NCBI GenBank assembly: GCA_015711855.1
Contig: JACVJF010000002.1
Coordinates: 508 to 64,507, forward strand
Reading direction: 5' to 3'
From: Candidatus Solincola quzhuomuensis
Lineage (GTDB): Bacteria > Actinomycetota > Geothermincolia > Geothermincolales > RBG-13-55-18
DNA length: 64,000 nt
Shown: positions 9,711 to 18,547 of the stretch, piece after piece
How the letters are laid out: each line of letters begins with the position of its first letter
How positions within the stretch are numbered: position 1 is the first letter of the stretch
Position numbers and translations under genes: made by a program
Notes under the pieces: model-generated
Database searches by the model: none
Seen by the model: only the letters and a program-made list of their open reading frames with translations
What the model was told of the DNA's origin: nothing

Positions 9711-9883
9711 AGAAGGAGGTTAGGTTCGAGGAAGGGCTTCACAAATGGGGGCCGGAGCAGGGTTAAGACTTCCGGGCGAAAAATAGAATAGAATAGTTGG
9801 CGAAAGGAGGCACGAATTTCCGGATGGGAAAGCCGTTGTTGGGAAATGAAAGGCCGCGCCTTTCCGGGTAAGGAAGGTGAGAC

Positions 9884-10039
9884 ATGGAGGACAAGGGCAG
9901 ATCGGAGCGCCTGAGCGAGTTGAAAAGGATGCTGGAAATCATCGAGGGAGAGGCGGACGAGGACCGGGCCGTGGAACTTCTGGAGAAGGCCGTGGAAGAA
10001 GCGGAGCGCTTCGGGGCCGAGCTGGAGGAAAAAAGGTGA
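9884..10039 (+). CDS. xseB: Small acidic helical protein (51 aa), exodeoxyribonuclease VII small subunit (XseB)-like. It is absent from the ORF track and its stop overlaps the dxs start.
   Basis: ATG at 9884 preceded by GGAAGGTGA. It translates as MEDKGRSERLSELKRMLEIIEGEADEDRAVELLEKAVEEAERFGAELEEKR. The TGA stop at 10037-10039 overlaps the dxs GTG start at 10036. Position just upstream of dxs matches the xseB-(ispA)-dxs order of Firmicutes. Confidence 0.4.
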   Translation: MEDKGRSERLSELKRMLEIIEGEADEDRAVELLEKAVEEAERFGAELEEKR

Positions 10040-11919
10040 CCGACACGCCTCTTCTGGATTCCATCCACGATCCGTCCGACCTGCGTTCCTTGGATTACGG
10101 CCAGCTGAGCCGCCTGGCGGAGGAGATACGAAGGATCATAGTGGAGACCACCTCCCGCTGCGGAGGACACCTGGCCTCCAACCTGGGGGTTGTGGAACTG
10201 ACCCTGGCCCTACACCGCGTCTTCGAGAGTCCCCATGACCGCATCGTCTGGGACGTGGGGCATCAGACCTACGCCCATAAGCTGATCACGGGGCGTCGGG
10301 AGGCCTTTCGGAGGCTGAGGATGCGCGGAGGGTGCAGCGGATTCCCGCGGCGGGAAGAAAGTCCCCATGACGTCATGGACGCCGGTCATGCCAGTACGGC
10401 CATCAGCTATGCCTTAGGGTTGGCCGTGGCCCGCGATCTGGCGGGAGAGGATTTTAACGTGGTGGCGGTCATAGGAGACGGCGCCCTGACCGGAGGGCTG
10501 GCGTTCGAGGCGCTGAATCAGGTCGGTGCCCTGCAGAAGAAACTGATCATCGTATTGAACGACAACGGCATGTCCATTTCCCGCAACGTGGGAGCCATAT
10601 CCACCTACCTAACCCAGCTGCGCCTGAGCCCCAAGTATGCGCGGTTCAAAGGGGGAGTAAAGGAGGTCATCGAAAGCGTTCCCATAGTCGGTGCTCCCAC
10701 CGACCGGCTCATCCATTCCTTCAAGGAAAGGCTGAAGAACTTCCTCATCCCCGAGTTCATCTTCGAGGAGTTGGGGATAAAATACGTCGGGGTGGTGGAC
10801 GGTCACGACATCCAGGCTTTGGAAAAGGACTTGGAGCTGGCCAAGCAGGTCGAGGGGCCCGTTCTCATCCATGTCATAACCCGCAAGGGGAAGGGCTTTC
10901 CGCCCGCGGAGAGGGACCCGGACCTTTTCCACGGAGTGGGCCCCTTTGAGCCACAGACGGGCAAGCTTAAAAGCGAGGGCGGAGGGCCCAGCTTCACCGA
11001 GACCTTCGGTAGGGTGATGTGCGACATGGCCCGTAAGGAACCGCGCCTAGTGGCCATAACCGCGGCCATGAAGCTGGGCACGGGACTGGACGATTTCTCC
11101 ACCCTTTACCCCAGCCGCTTCTTCGACGTGGGAATAGCGGAGCAGCATGCGGTCACCCTTGCCGCCGGGCTGGCCCTGGGAGGGTACCGCCCGGTGGTCT
11201 CCATCTATTCCACTTTTCTGCAAAGGGCTTTCGACCAGCTGGCCCAGGAGATATGTCTCCAGAACCTCCCGGTGATCCTGGCCTTGGACCGTTCCGGCCT
11301 GGTCGGCGACGACGGACCCACCCATCACGGAGCTTTCGACCTATCCTATTTGCGCTTGCTTCCGAACATGACCGTCATGGCCCCCGCAGATCAGGAGGAG
11401 CTCCGGGATATGCTGTGGGCAGCCCTCGAGTTTGAGGGCCCGGTGGCCATACGATACCCGAGGGGCAAGGGAAGCTCCGAGTGGGTGGGACCCGATCCGC
11501 GGCCCGTAGAGAGGGGCAAGAGCCTGGTGGTCAGGGGAGGCGGCGGGGACCTGAGCTTGCTGGCCGTAGGGAGAATGGTCGGGGTGGCATGCGAGGCGGC
11601 GGAGATACTAGCCGGGCGGGGAATTCAAGCCGAGGTGATCAACGCGCGATTCGTGAAACCCGTGGACCGCGAGGTCGTCTTGGAAAGGGCGCGAAGGGCC
11701 CGCCTGCTCGTGACCTTGGAGGAGAACGTCCTCCAGGGAGGGTTCGGGGAGGCGGTGGCCGCCGTGCTCCAGGAAGGGGGATGTAATACCCGCCTGCTCC
11801 GGGTAGGGCTTCCGGACCGTTACGTGGAACACGGAAAGGTGGACGAGCTTTTCCAGACCTTGGGAATGGATGCCGAAACGGTCGCCGATCGCGTGCATGA
11901 GATGCTGACCGTTTTGTGA
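10036..11919 (+). CDS. dxs: 1-deoxy-D-xylulose-5-phosphate synthase.
   Basis: TPLLDSIHDPSDLR, GGHLASNLGVVELTLALH, WDVGHQTYAHKLITGR and GDGALTGG (the TPP-binding motif). A GTG start at 10036 with a GGAGG 7 nt upstream gives a typical 627-aa protein. Confidence 0.9.
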   Translation: MTDTPLLDSIHDPSDLRSLDYGQLSRLAEEIRRIIVETTSRCGGHLASNLGVVELTLALHRVFESPHDRIVWDVGHQTYAHKLITGRREAFRRLRMRGGCSGFPRREESPHDVMDAGHASTAISYALGLAVARDLAGEDFNVVAVIGDGALTGGLAFEALNQVGALQKKLIIVLNDNGMSISRNVGAISTYLTQLRLSPKYARFKGGVKEVIESVPIVGAPTDRLIHSFKERLKNFLIPEFIFEELGIKYVGVVDGHDIQALEKDLELAKQVEGPVLIHVITRKGKGFPPAERDPDLFHGVGPFEPQTGKLKSEGGGPSFTETFGRVMCDMARKEPRLVAITAAMKLGTGLDDFSTLYPSRFFDVGIAEQHAVTLAAGLALGGYRPVVSIYSTFLQRAFDQLAQEICLQNLPVILALDRSGLVGDDGPTHHGAFDLSYLRLLPNMTVMAPADQEELRDMLWAALEFEGPVAIRYPRGKGSSEWVGPDPRPVERGKSLVVRGGGGDLSLLAVGRMVGVACEAAEILAGRGIQAEVINARFVKPVDREVVLERARRARLLVTLEENVLQGGFGEAVAAVLQEGGCNTRLLRVGLPDRYVEHGKVDELFQTLGMDAETVADRVHEMLTVL

Positions 11920-11925
11920 GGCGGT

Positions 11926-12753
11926 TTGATGGAGCGCCTTGACGTCTGGCTGGTGAAGATGGGTTATTTCCCTTCCCGGGAGAAAGCGAGGCTCGCGGTA
12001 ATGGCCGGAGAGGTGGAGATAGTGGGAAGGGGAAGGGCTCAAAAGGCGGGGACAATGGTCGGTCCGGGCGACAGGATAGTGGTCCGCACCAGGTCCCGTT
12101 TCGTATCCCGTGGAGGGGAAAAGCTGGACGGGGCGCTGGATCGCCTGGGGCTCCCGGTGGAAGGGAGATTGGCCTTGGACGTGGGCGCCTCCACGGGCGG
12201 TTTTACCCAGTGCCTCCTGGAAAGGGGCGCGTCGGCGGTGATCGCTCTGGACGTGGGGAAGGGGCAGCTTCACTGGAAGCTCCGCCGGGATCCCCGGGTG
12301 TGCGTCATGGAGGGATACAACGCCCGCTATCTACGCCGGGAAGACCTGCCCTTCCTCCCCGGGCTGGTGGTGGCGGACCTTTCCTTCATATCCCTCCGAA
12401 AGGTGTTGTCGGCGTTGGCGAGTATACTCGATGAAGGCGGTGACCTGGTGGCCCTCATAAAACCCCAGTTCGAAGCGGGAAAGGGCTTGGTGGGCAAAGG
12501 AGGAGTGGTGCGCGACCCGGATATCCACCGTCGGGTCCTTAAGGAGGTCCTGGAGGAGGCCGAAAGCCACGGCTTCCGCCTTAGGGGTCTGGTCCCCTCA
12601 CCCGTAAGGGGAGCGGACGGGAATCTGGAGTACTTCGCCTGGTGGAAGCTGGGCGGAGGGAGGACGGGAGAAGTCGAACCCTCCTTATCTCGTGAAGTGA
12701 TGGTGGAAGAAGCGGTTAAGGAAGGGTGGTCTCGTCCGGATTCGGGCGGATGA
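11926..12753 (+). CDS. tlyA: TlyA family rRNA (cytidine-2'-O)-methyltransferase.
   Basis: An S4-like N-terminus (RLDVWLVKMGYFPSREKA), FVSRGGEKLDGAL and LDVGASTGGFTQCLLERGA (SAM-binding). It sits in the dxs-tlyA-nadK-recN order. Confidence 0.85.
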   Translation: MMERLDVWLVKMGYFPSREKARLAVMAGEVEIVGRGRAQKAGTMVGPGDRIVVRTRSRFVSRGGEKLDGALDRLGLPVEGRLALDVGASTGGFTQCLLERGASAVIALDVGKGQLHWKLRRDPRVCVMEGYNARYLRREDLPFLPGLVVADLSFISLRKVLSALASILDEGGDLVALIKPQFEAGKGLVGKGGVVRDPDIHRRVLKEVLEEAESHGFRLRGLVPSPVRGADGNLEYFAWWKLGGGRTGEVEPSLSREVMVEEAVKEGWSRPDSGG

Positions 12754-12764
12754 GAGGAACCGGT

Positions 12765-13625
12765 ATGGAGTTCAAGAACGTAGGTATAATGCCCAATATC
12801 TTCAAGGAGGAGACCATCGGGGCCGCTCTGGATCTCAACCGATGGCTGGAGGCAAGGGGGATCTCCACCCGCGTGTTGAGCGATGACGCCCTGGCCATGG
12901 GCCGCTCCGGGGGCATGGATCGGGAGGAATTTCTCCGCGACCTCGACCTCGTCGTTTCCCTGGGGGGGGACGGGGCCATGCTCCGCGCTGCCTCTCTGGC
13001 CTATATGGCGGATGCTCCGGTTGTGGGGGTTAACCTGGGGAAGATGGGATTCTTGACCGCCATGGACCTGGACCACATGTATCAGGGAATGGAGGACATA
13101 CTCTCCGGACATTTTCTTCTCCAGGAAAGGATGATGCTGGAATGCTGGATAAGGGAGGGCTGCGGCGGAATCCCTCACTACGCCCTCAACGAAGTTGCGG
13201 TGGGAAAGAGGGAACTGCAGAGGATGATCCGCCTGGAGGTGGACATCAACGGCAGCTACTTCCATTTTTACGCCGGGGACGGGGTGATCTTCTCCACCCC
13301 CACCGGATCCACGGCCTATTCTCTATCCGCCGGGGGACCCATAGTGGATCCCAACCTGGAGTGCATCATACTGACCCCTATATGCAGCCACTCCTTGATG
13401 GACCGCTCGGTGATCGTCTCGCCGGACAGCGAGATAGAGGTCCTAGCCAGGAGGGAGAAGGTGATGCCCTCCATATCCATCGACGGTCGCGAGGAGATCG
13501 AGCTCACCCATGGAGGTAAGGTGCTCATCAGGCGGGCGCCGCGACGGCTAAAGATCATCAAGGCCTACGGTTACTCCTTCTACTCTCTGTTGAGGGACAA
13601 GTTCGATTTCCCCGAAGAAAAGTAG
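12765..13625 (+). CDS. nadK: NAD+ kinase.
   Basis: LVVSLGGDGAMLRAA (GGDG motif), NEVAVGK and the conserved C-terminal region. Start taken at MEFKNVGIM (residue 14 of the track ORF). Confidence 0.85.
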   Translation: MEFKNVGIMPNIFKEETIGAALDLNRWLEARGISTRVLSDDALAMGRSGGMDREEFLRDLDLVVSLGGDGAMLRAASLAYMADAPVVGVNLGKMGFLTAMDLDHMYQGMEDILSGHFLLQERMMLECWIREGCGGIPHYALNEVAVGKRELQRMIRLEVDINGSYFHFYAGDGVIFSTPTGSTAYSLSAGGPIVDPNLECIILTPICSHSLMDRSVIVSPDSEIEVLARREKVMPSISIDGREEIELTHGGKVLIRRAPRRLKIIKAYGYSFYSLLRDKFDFPEEK

Positions 13626-13652
13626 GGAGTCGTCTCCACAGCGGGGTGGACC

Positions 13653-15320
13653 GTGCTCAAGGAGATGCAGGTACGAAACCTGGCCCTCATCCGGGAAGGG
13701 CGTTTAGAGTTCGGACCCGGACTCAACGTCCTCACCGGGGAGACGGGGGCGGGAAAAACGGTGCTGGTGGAGGCCCTGACCCTTTTACTCGGAGGTCGAG
13801 GCGATACGGGATTGATCAGCCCGGGCGCCGACAGGATGGAATTGGAAGCGGCCTTCGACCTGCCGCCCGGCGAACGGTGGCGAGCCGTGCTGGAGGAAGA
13901 GGGGCTGGAGGTCGAGGAGGAGCTGATTATCCGCAGGGTGATCTCCGGGGACGGGAAAGGACGCTGTTACGTGAACGGCAGGATGTGCACGGTGGGGACT
14001 CTGGCCAGGCTGGGGGAATACTTGGTGGACATCCACGGGCAGCACGAGCACCAGCGACTTCTGCGCGTTTCCACCCACATCGAATACCTGGACGCCTTCG
14101 GCCCACCGGAACACGTCTCCCTATTGCAGGACTACCGCCGGGCCTATCGGCGCTGGAAGGAGGCGGAAGAGCTTTACCGTGCGGCCTGCATGGATGAAGC
14201 GGAACGCCTGAGGGAGATGGACCTTCTCAACTTCCAGGTTCGCGAGATAGAGAAGGTCAACCCCAAGGAAGGGGAGTTGGAGGAACTCCTGAGGGAGAGA
14301 AAGAGGATGCAGAACCGGGAAGAGCTGTTCACGGCCGCAAGCCAGGCATATATGTCCGTGTCGGGTGGGGAGGAAGGCGGTGGTGCGCTGGATGCCCTGG
14401 GCCGGGCCCAGACCTTGCTGGAAAGAGTTTCCTCACTGGACGAGGAGCTGCGAACTTGGGTGGCCCGCTTGGAAGAGGTCCAGGAAACTCTCTCCGACAT
14501 CTCTCGCGAACTCCACGCCTATCTGGAATCCCTCGACTACCAGCCAGGACGCCTGGAGGAAGTGGAGTTGAGGTTGAGGGACCTAACCGACCTGAGCAGA
14601 AAATACGGAGAGGATACCGCTCAGATATTAAGCTACCTCGAAGAGGCGCGTAAGAGGCTTATGGAACTGGAGGGACTGGACTTGAAGCGTGAGGAGATGA
14701 AAAGGGAAGCTGGGATATGCTTCGGGGAGATGTCTCGAGCGGCGGAGAAGCTCAGCGCTTCCCGTTCTCGCCTGGCGGAGAAGCTGACGCGGGAGACCAA
14801 CAGGGAGCTGGAGGAGCTGAACATGGGAGGTATGCGTTTCCGGGTGAGGGTGGAGAAGGACGACGATCACGGGGAGAGAGGTCGGGACCGCGTGGAGTTC
14901 GAGGTGTCCCCGGGAAAAGGCCTTCCTTATCGCCCTCTGGCTCGGATAGCCTCGGGTGGCGAGCTCTCCCGAATTACCCTGGCCCTCAAACTGGTGCTGG
15001 CGCGAGCCGATGCCGTGCCCACCTTGGTATTCGACGAGGTTGACGCTGGTATAGGGGGAGCTACCGCCGATGTTCTGGCGGAGAAGCTTTCCCGCATCTC
15101 CCGGTATCACCAGGTTTTCTCCGTGACCCATCTTCCCCAGATAGCCGCCGTTTCGGATGTCCACCTCTCGGTCAGGAAGAAGGAAAAGGCACGGGGGATA
15201 GATACGGAAGTGAGCAGGCTTGAAGGAGAGGAGCGGGTGGAGGAGCTGGTGCGCATGTTGGGGGGAGAAAGGGAGACCGCCCGCGAACACGCCCTTGCCA
15301 TGTTGGGCAAAAGGGGATGA
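13653..15320 (+). CDS. recN: DNA repair protein RecN.
   Basis: N-terminal MLKEMQVRNLALI...LNVLTGETGAGKTVLVEAL (Walker A), a long coiled-coil middle region, and a C-terminal SGGELSRITLALK ... LVFDEVDAGIGG (signature motif and Walker B). Confidence 0.9.
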   Translation: MLKEMQVRNLALIREGRLEFGPGLNVLTGETGAGKTVLVEALTLLLGGRGDTGLISPGADRMELEAAFDLPPGERWRAVLEEEGLEVEEELIIRRVISGDGKGRCYVNGRMCTVGTLARLGEYLVDIHGQHEHQRLLRVSTHIEYLDAFGPPEHVSLLQDYRRAYRRWKEAEELYRAACMDEAERLREMDLLNFQVREIEKVNPKEGELEELLRERKRMQNREELFTAASQAYMSVSGGEEGGGALDALGRAQTLLERVSSLDEELRTWVARLEEVQETLSDISRELHAYLESLDYQPGRLEEVELRLRDLTDLSRKYGEDTAQILSYLEEARKRLMELEGLDLKREEMKREAGICFGEMSRAAEKLSASRSRLAEKLTRETNRELEELNMGGMRFRVRVEKDDDHGERGRDRVEFEVSPGKGLPYRPLARIASGGELSRITLALKLVLARADAVPTLVFDEVDAGIGGATADVLAEKLSRISRYHQVFSVTHLPQIAAVSDVHLSVRKKEKARGIDTEVSRLEGEERVEELVRMLGGERETAREHALAMLGKRG

Positions 15321-15471
15321 CCGTAAGGAGAACCCGGAGGGATCGATGCGGAAAGACGGCTGGGTTCATGATTCGGCCGGCACGGGTCCGAGAGCGGGTG
15401 GCCAAGGAAGCGTGAAAAGCGTCGGGAAACCCTCGGATGGCGGCAGGAGTTCTAAGCAGGGAAGGTCGAGG

Positions 15472-16446
15472 GTGAGGAGGTTTTCTTGTCGCTCTTCGGC
15501 GGTGAGGACATCCTACACGCTAATTATGCTCTTCCTTGTCGCTTCGACCGCGGTCGGCGGATGCGGGAAAGGGGAGGAAGGAGCGGCCAAGGTCAAGATA
15601 GCCGTCGACATATTACCCCTGGCCCAGGTGTGCAGTTCACTGGGGGGAGATCTGGTCTACGTGGAGGTCCTGGTCCCCCCGGGCTCCAGCCCCCACACCT
15701 ACGAGCTCACTCCCGGACAAGTGGAGTTCCTCTCCGAGGCGGACATCGTGGTGGTCAACGGGCTCGGGCTCGCTCCATGGGCGGAGGAGATTCCGCTGCG
15801 GGTGGAAAACCCCAGACTGAAGGTCATAAACGCGGGTGAACGGATCCCCGTCGGGGATCTCATACCCATTTCGAACTCCCTCGATTTTCATGAGCAACAC
15901 CAGGAAAGCGGGGCAGAGAGGTCCTTGAACTACGACCCCCACTTCTGGCTCGATCCGGTACTCATGGCTCCCGTGGCGGAAGCCCTGGGGAATGCCCTGA
16001 TCGATGTCGATCCTGACCACGCTTCCGCTTACCGGGAGAATCTTCAAGCTTTCCTGCAGGGACTGGACGCCCTGCATGACGAAATTCGAACTCGGACGGG
16101 CGCCTTCACCCACCGGGATTTCATCGCCTTCCATTCTTCCTGGACCTACTTTGCCAGGCGGTACGGTCTGCGGCAGCTGGGGGTCATAGAGGAACGCCCC
16201 GGGAAGGAGCCATCCTCCCAGGAGATAGCGGAGCTCGTGAAATTGGCCAGGGAGCAGGGCGTCGTGGCCATATTCGCCGAACGGCAGTTCAACCCCCGGG
16301 TGGCTGAGGTGGTGGCTGAGGAGACGGGGGGAGAGGTAAGGGTCTTTACCCTGGACCCCCTGGGAGACCCGGGGGATCCTGCGAGGGCCGACTACTTCAG
16401 CCTCATGCGGTATAACCTGGGCATAATGGAGGAAGCCCTTAGATGA
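15472..16446 (+). CDS. Metal (Zn/Mn) ABC transporter substrate-binding lipoprotein (ZnuA/TroA family).
   Basis: A lipoprotein-like signal LIMLFLVASTAVGGC, and conserved regions DPHFWLDP and HSSWTYFARRYGL. The track ORF starts at 15220 inside recN, so the start was moved to the in-frame GTG at 15472. Exact start is uncertain (alternatives 15346 or 15526). Confidence 0.7.
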   Translation: MRRFSCRSSAVRTSYTLIMLFLVASTAVGGCGKGEEGAAKVKIAVDILPLAQVCSSLGGDLVYVEVLVPPGSSPHTYELTPGQVEFLSEADIVVVNGLGLAPWAEEIPLRVENPRLKVINAGERIPVGDLIPISNSLDFHEQHQESGAERSLNYDPHFWLDPVLMAPVAEALGNALIDVDPDHASAYRENLQAFLQGLDALHDEIRTRTGAFTHRDFIAFHSSWTYFARRYGLRQLGVIEERPGKEPSSQEIAELVKLAREQGVVAIFAERQFNPRVAEVVAEETGGEVRVFTLDPLGDPGDPARADYFSLMRYNLGIMEEALR

Positions 16447-17255
16447 GGGAATGCCGAGTGCGTGAATTCTTTTCGGATGGGGAAGATAGGTCGCGGAAGG
16501 TGATCGAGGTCCATGATCTATGGGTGTACCGGGATGGCCACCCGGTGCTCGAGGAGATCAGTTTCGACCTTGAGGAGGGCACCTTTCTGGGGATAATCGG
16601 TCCCAACGGAGCTGGAAAGTCCACCCTGCTTCGGACCATACTGGGCCTTATTCCCTTTTCCCGGGGGACCATCAAGGTCCTGGGCATGAGCCCGCGGGAG
16701 CTGAAGCGCGAGCTCCACCACATCGGTTACATGCCGCAACAGGTTCTTTTCGACCCGCGCTTTCCCGTTTCCGTCTACGACGTGGTGATGATGGGTCGGG
16801 CCTGCTGCATAGGCCCCCTGCGTTTTCCCAGGCGGCGGGATCGCGAAGCGGTCTTGGATAGCATCGAAGCCGTGGGCCTAAAGGGACTGGAAAAAAGGCC
16901 CATTGGGGAGCTTTCGGGTGGCCAGCAGAAGAGGGCCTTCCTGGCCCGCGCGCTGTGTTTGGAGACGAGCATACTTCTACTCGACGAGCCCACGGCCGGG
17001 CTGGATCTGGATTCCCAGGTCGACTTCATGGACCTCTTGGTAAGGCTCAAGGAGGGAAAGGGCCTCACCGTGGTTTTCGTATCTCACGACGTGAACGTGC
17101 TGGCCAGGTTCGCCGATGAGCTGGTATGCATAAACAGGACCATGCACCTCCACGGTCCGCCCCGTGAGGTGTTGGGTAGCGAAAGGCTGAAGGAAGTCTA
17201 CCGCTGCGAGTTCGACTTTCTCGCCGGCACCGGGGCGGAAAGACGGCCGAGTTGA
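16443..17255 (+). CDS. Metal ABC transporter ATP-binding protein (ZnuC-like).
   Basis: GPNGAGKSTLLRTILG, LSGGQQKRAFLARAL and LLLDEPTAGLD. ATGA overlap with the upstream binding-protein gene. Confidence 0.85.
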   Translation: MRECRVREFFSDGEDRSRKVIEVHDLWVYRDGHPVLEEISFDLEEGTFLGIIGPNGAGKSTLLRTILGLIPFSRGTIKVLGMSPRELKRELHHIGYMPQQVLFDPRFPVSVYDVVMMGRACCIGPLRFPRRRDREAVLDSIEAVGLKGLEKRPIGELSGGQQKRAFLARALCLETSILLLDEPTAGLDLDSQVDFMDLLVRLKEGKGLTVVFVSHDVNVLARFADELVCINRTMHLHGPPREVLGSERLKEVYRCEFDFLAGTGAERRPS

Positions 17256-17269
17256 TGAAAGGTTCTCCG

Positions 17270-17305
17270 CCGGCCTCGGGAATGGGACCGGCCTCGGGAA
17301 TGGGA
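17270..17305 (+). repeat. Perfect tandem duplication of an 18-bp unit CCGGCCTCGGGAATGGGA (x2) in the znuC-znuB intergenic region.
   Basis: Read directly from the sequence at 17270-17287 and 17288-17305. A third partial CTCGGG copy follows. Confidence 0.6.
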
Positions 17306-17405
17306 ATTATTTCTCGGGCATAACGTCGGTTCCGGGAAAGGCTGACCCTTGGTCGCGGAGGAGCCACCGGATTAGGCAGAGAGTCAAGACCGGGAAGGGG
17401 CGCAT

Positions 17406-18233
17406 ATGTTGAGCTACGGGTTCGCCCAGAGAGCCCTGGTGGGAGGGGCCATCCTTGCGGCCGTTTGCTCCCTGGTTTCTTTCTTCGTCGTGGCCAGAAG
17501 GCTGGCCTTCGTGGGGATGGGAATTTCCCATGCCGCTTTCGGGGGAGTGGCCATCGGGCTGGCCGGCGGAGTGAATCCCTATCTCGCTGCGGGCGGTTTC
17601 TGTTCTTTGGTGGCCGTGGGAATAGGGTGGATGAGCCGCAAGGGTAGGGTGCACGAGGACACGGCCATAGGCATCCTCTTCGCCTCGGCCATGGCATTGG
17701 GGGTGGTCCTGGTCAGGCTGACCGGGGTTTACAACATCGATCTTATGAGCTACCTCTTCGGGAGCATCCTCGCGTTGCGCTGGGACGATATATGGATCAT
17801 GGGCGCGGTGAGCGCGCTCACCATGGTTTTCATAGTCCTGTTCTTCAAGGAACTGCTCTTCGTCTCCTTCGACCAGGAGACGGCCACCGCCAGCGGATTG
17901 CCTGTCCGCTTCGTCGAATACACTTTCCTGGTTACCCTGTCCCTGACCATCGTGGTCTCCATAAAGCTGGTGGGGATAATCTTGGTCTCCGCCCTGCTGG
18001 TCGTACCCTCGGCGGCGGGATGGCAGCTTTTCCGCAATTACCGATGGGTCATCTTGGCCTCGGAAACCGTGGGACTGAGCTCGGTCTTGATCGGCCTCTA
18101 TCTGTCCCATCGTTTCGACGTGGCCTCGGGGGCCACCATCGTCCTGGTCCTTTTCGGGTTCTTCCTGGTGTCCGCATTAATATCCCCACGGCGCGAATAT
18201 ATGCGACGTTTGCTTAACGCTTTCAGCCGTTGA
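17406..18233 (+). CDS. Metal ABC transporter permease (ZnuB / ABC-3 family).
   Basis: Highly hydrophobic with 8-9 TM helices. The N-terminus MLSYGFAQRALVGGAILAAVCSLVSFFVV and overall composition are typical of ZnuB/MntB permeases. Confidence 0.8.
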   Translation: MLSYGFAQRALVGGAILAAVCSLVSFFVVARRLAFVGMGISHAAFGGVAIGLAGGVNPYLAAGGFCSLVAVGIGWMSRKGRVHEDTAIGILFASAMALGVVLVRLTGVYNIDLMSYLFGSILALRWDDIWIMGAVSALTMVFIVLFFKELLFVSFDQETATASGLPVRFVEYTFLVTLSLTIVVSIKLVGIILVSALLVVPSAAGWQLFRNYRWVILASETVGLSSVLIGLYLSHRFDVASGATIVLVLFGFFLVSALISPRREYMRRLLNAFSR

Positions 18234-18360
18234 GCCTCGCATCCCGGAGGCGGCGCGCGGTTGAAGGCGCCAGGCCCATGGTCTATACTTGGAAAACGTG
18301 AGGAGACCCAATCGGAGGTGACCGGATATACACTGGACATCGACGCGGCGTAAGAACAAA

Positions 18361-18400
18361 GGCGGAATCCCCTTCCCCCGTAGGGATTCCGCCTCTTTAT
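18361..18400 (+). terminator. Intrinsic-terminator-like hairpin downstream of the permease gene.
   Basis: An 11-bp perfect stem GGCGGAATCCC / GGGATTCCGCC with an 11-nt loop, followed by TCTTTAT. An A-run lies upstream, so it may be bidirectional. Confidence 0.5.
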
Positions 18401-18547
18401 AAAGAATAAATCGTGGGGAATCGTCGCTATCGGGGTCCCGGAGAGAGTGAAGGGCGTCGGTGAAGGCCGTAAGAGCGAGGGAAACAGCTGGAAAGGGGCC
18501 CCAGCGGCCGTTTGCACCGGGAATCGTGCGAGGGGGAGGTTTTAAAG

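Noticed and set aside
15220-15471. Upstream extension of the metal-binding lipoprotein ORF.
   Set aside because: It overlaps recN by 100 nt and would put about 85 residues before the lipoprotein signal peptide. An in-frame GTG at 15472 gives a normal signal sequence.
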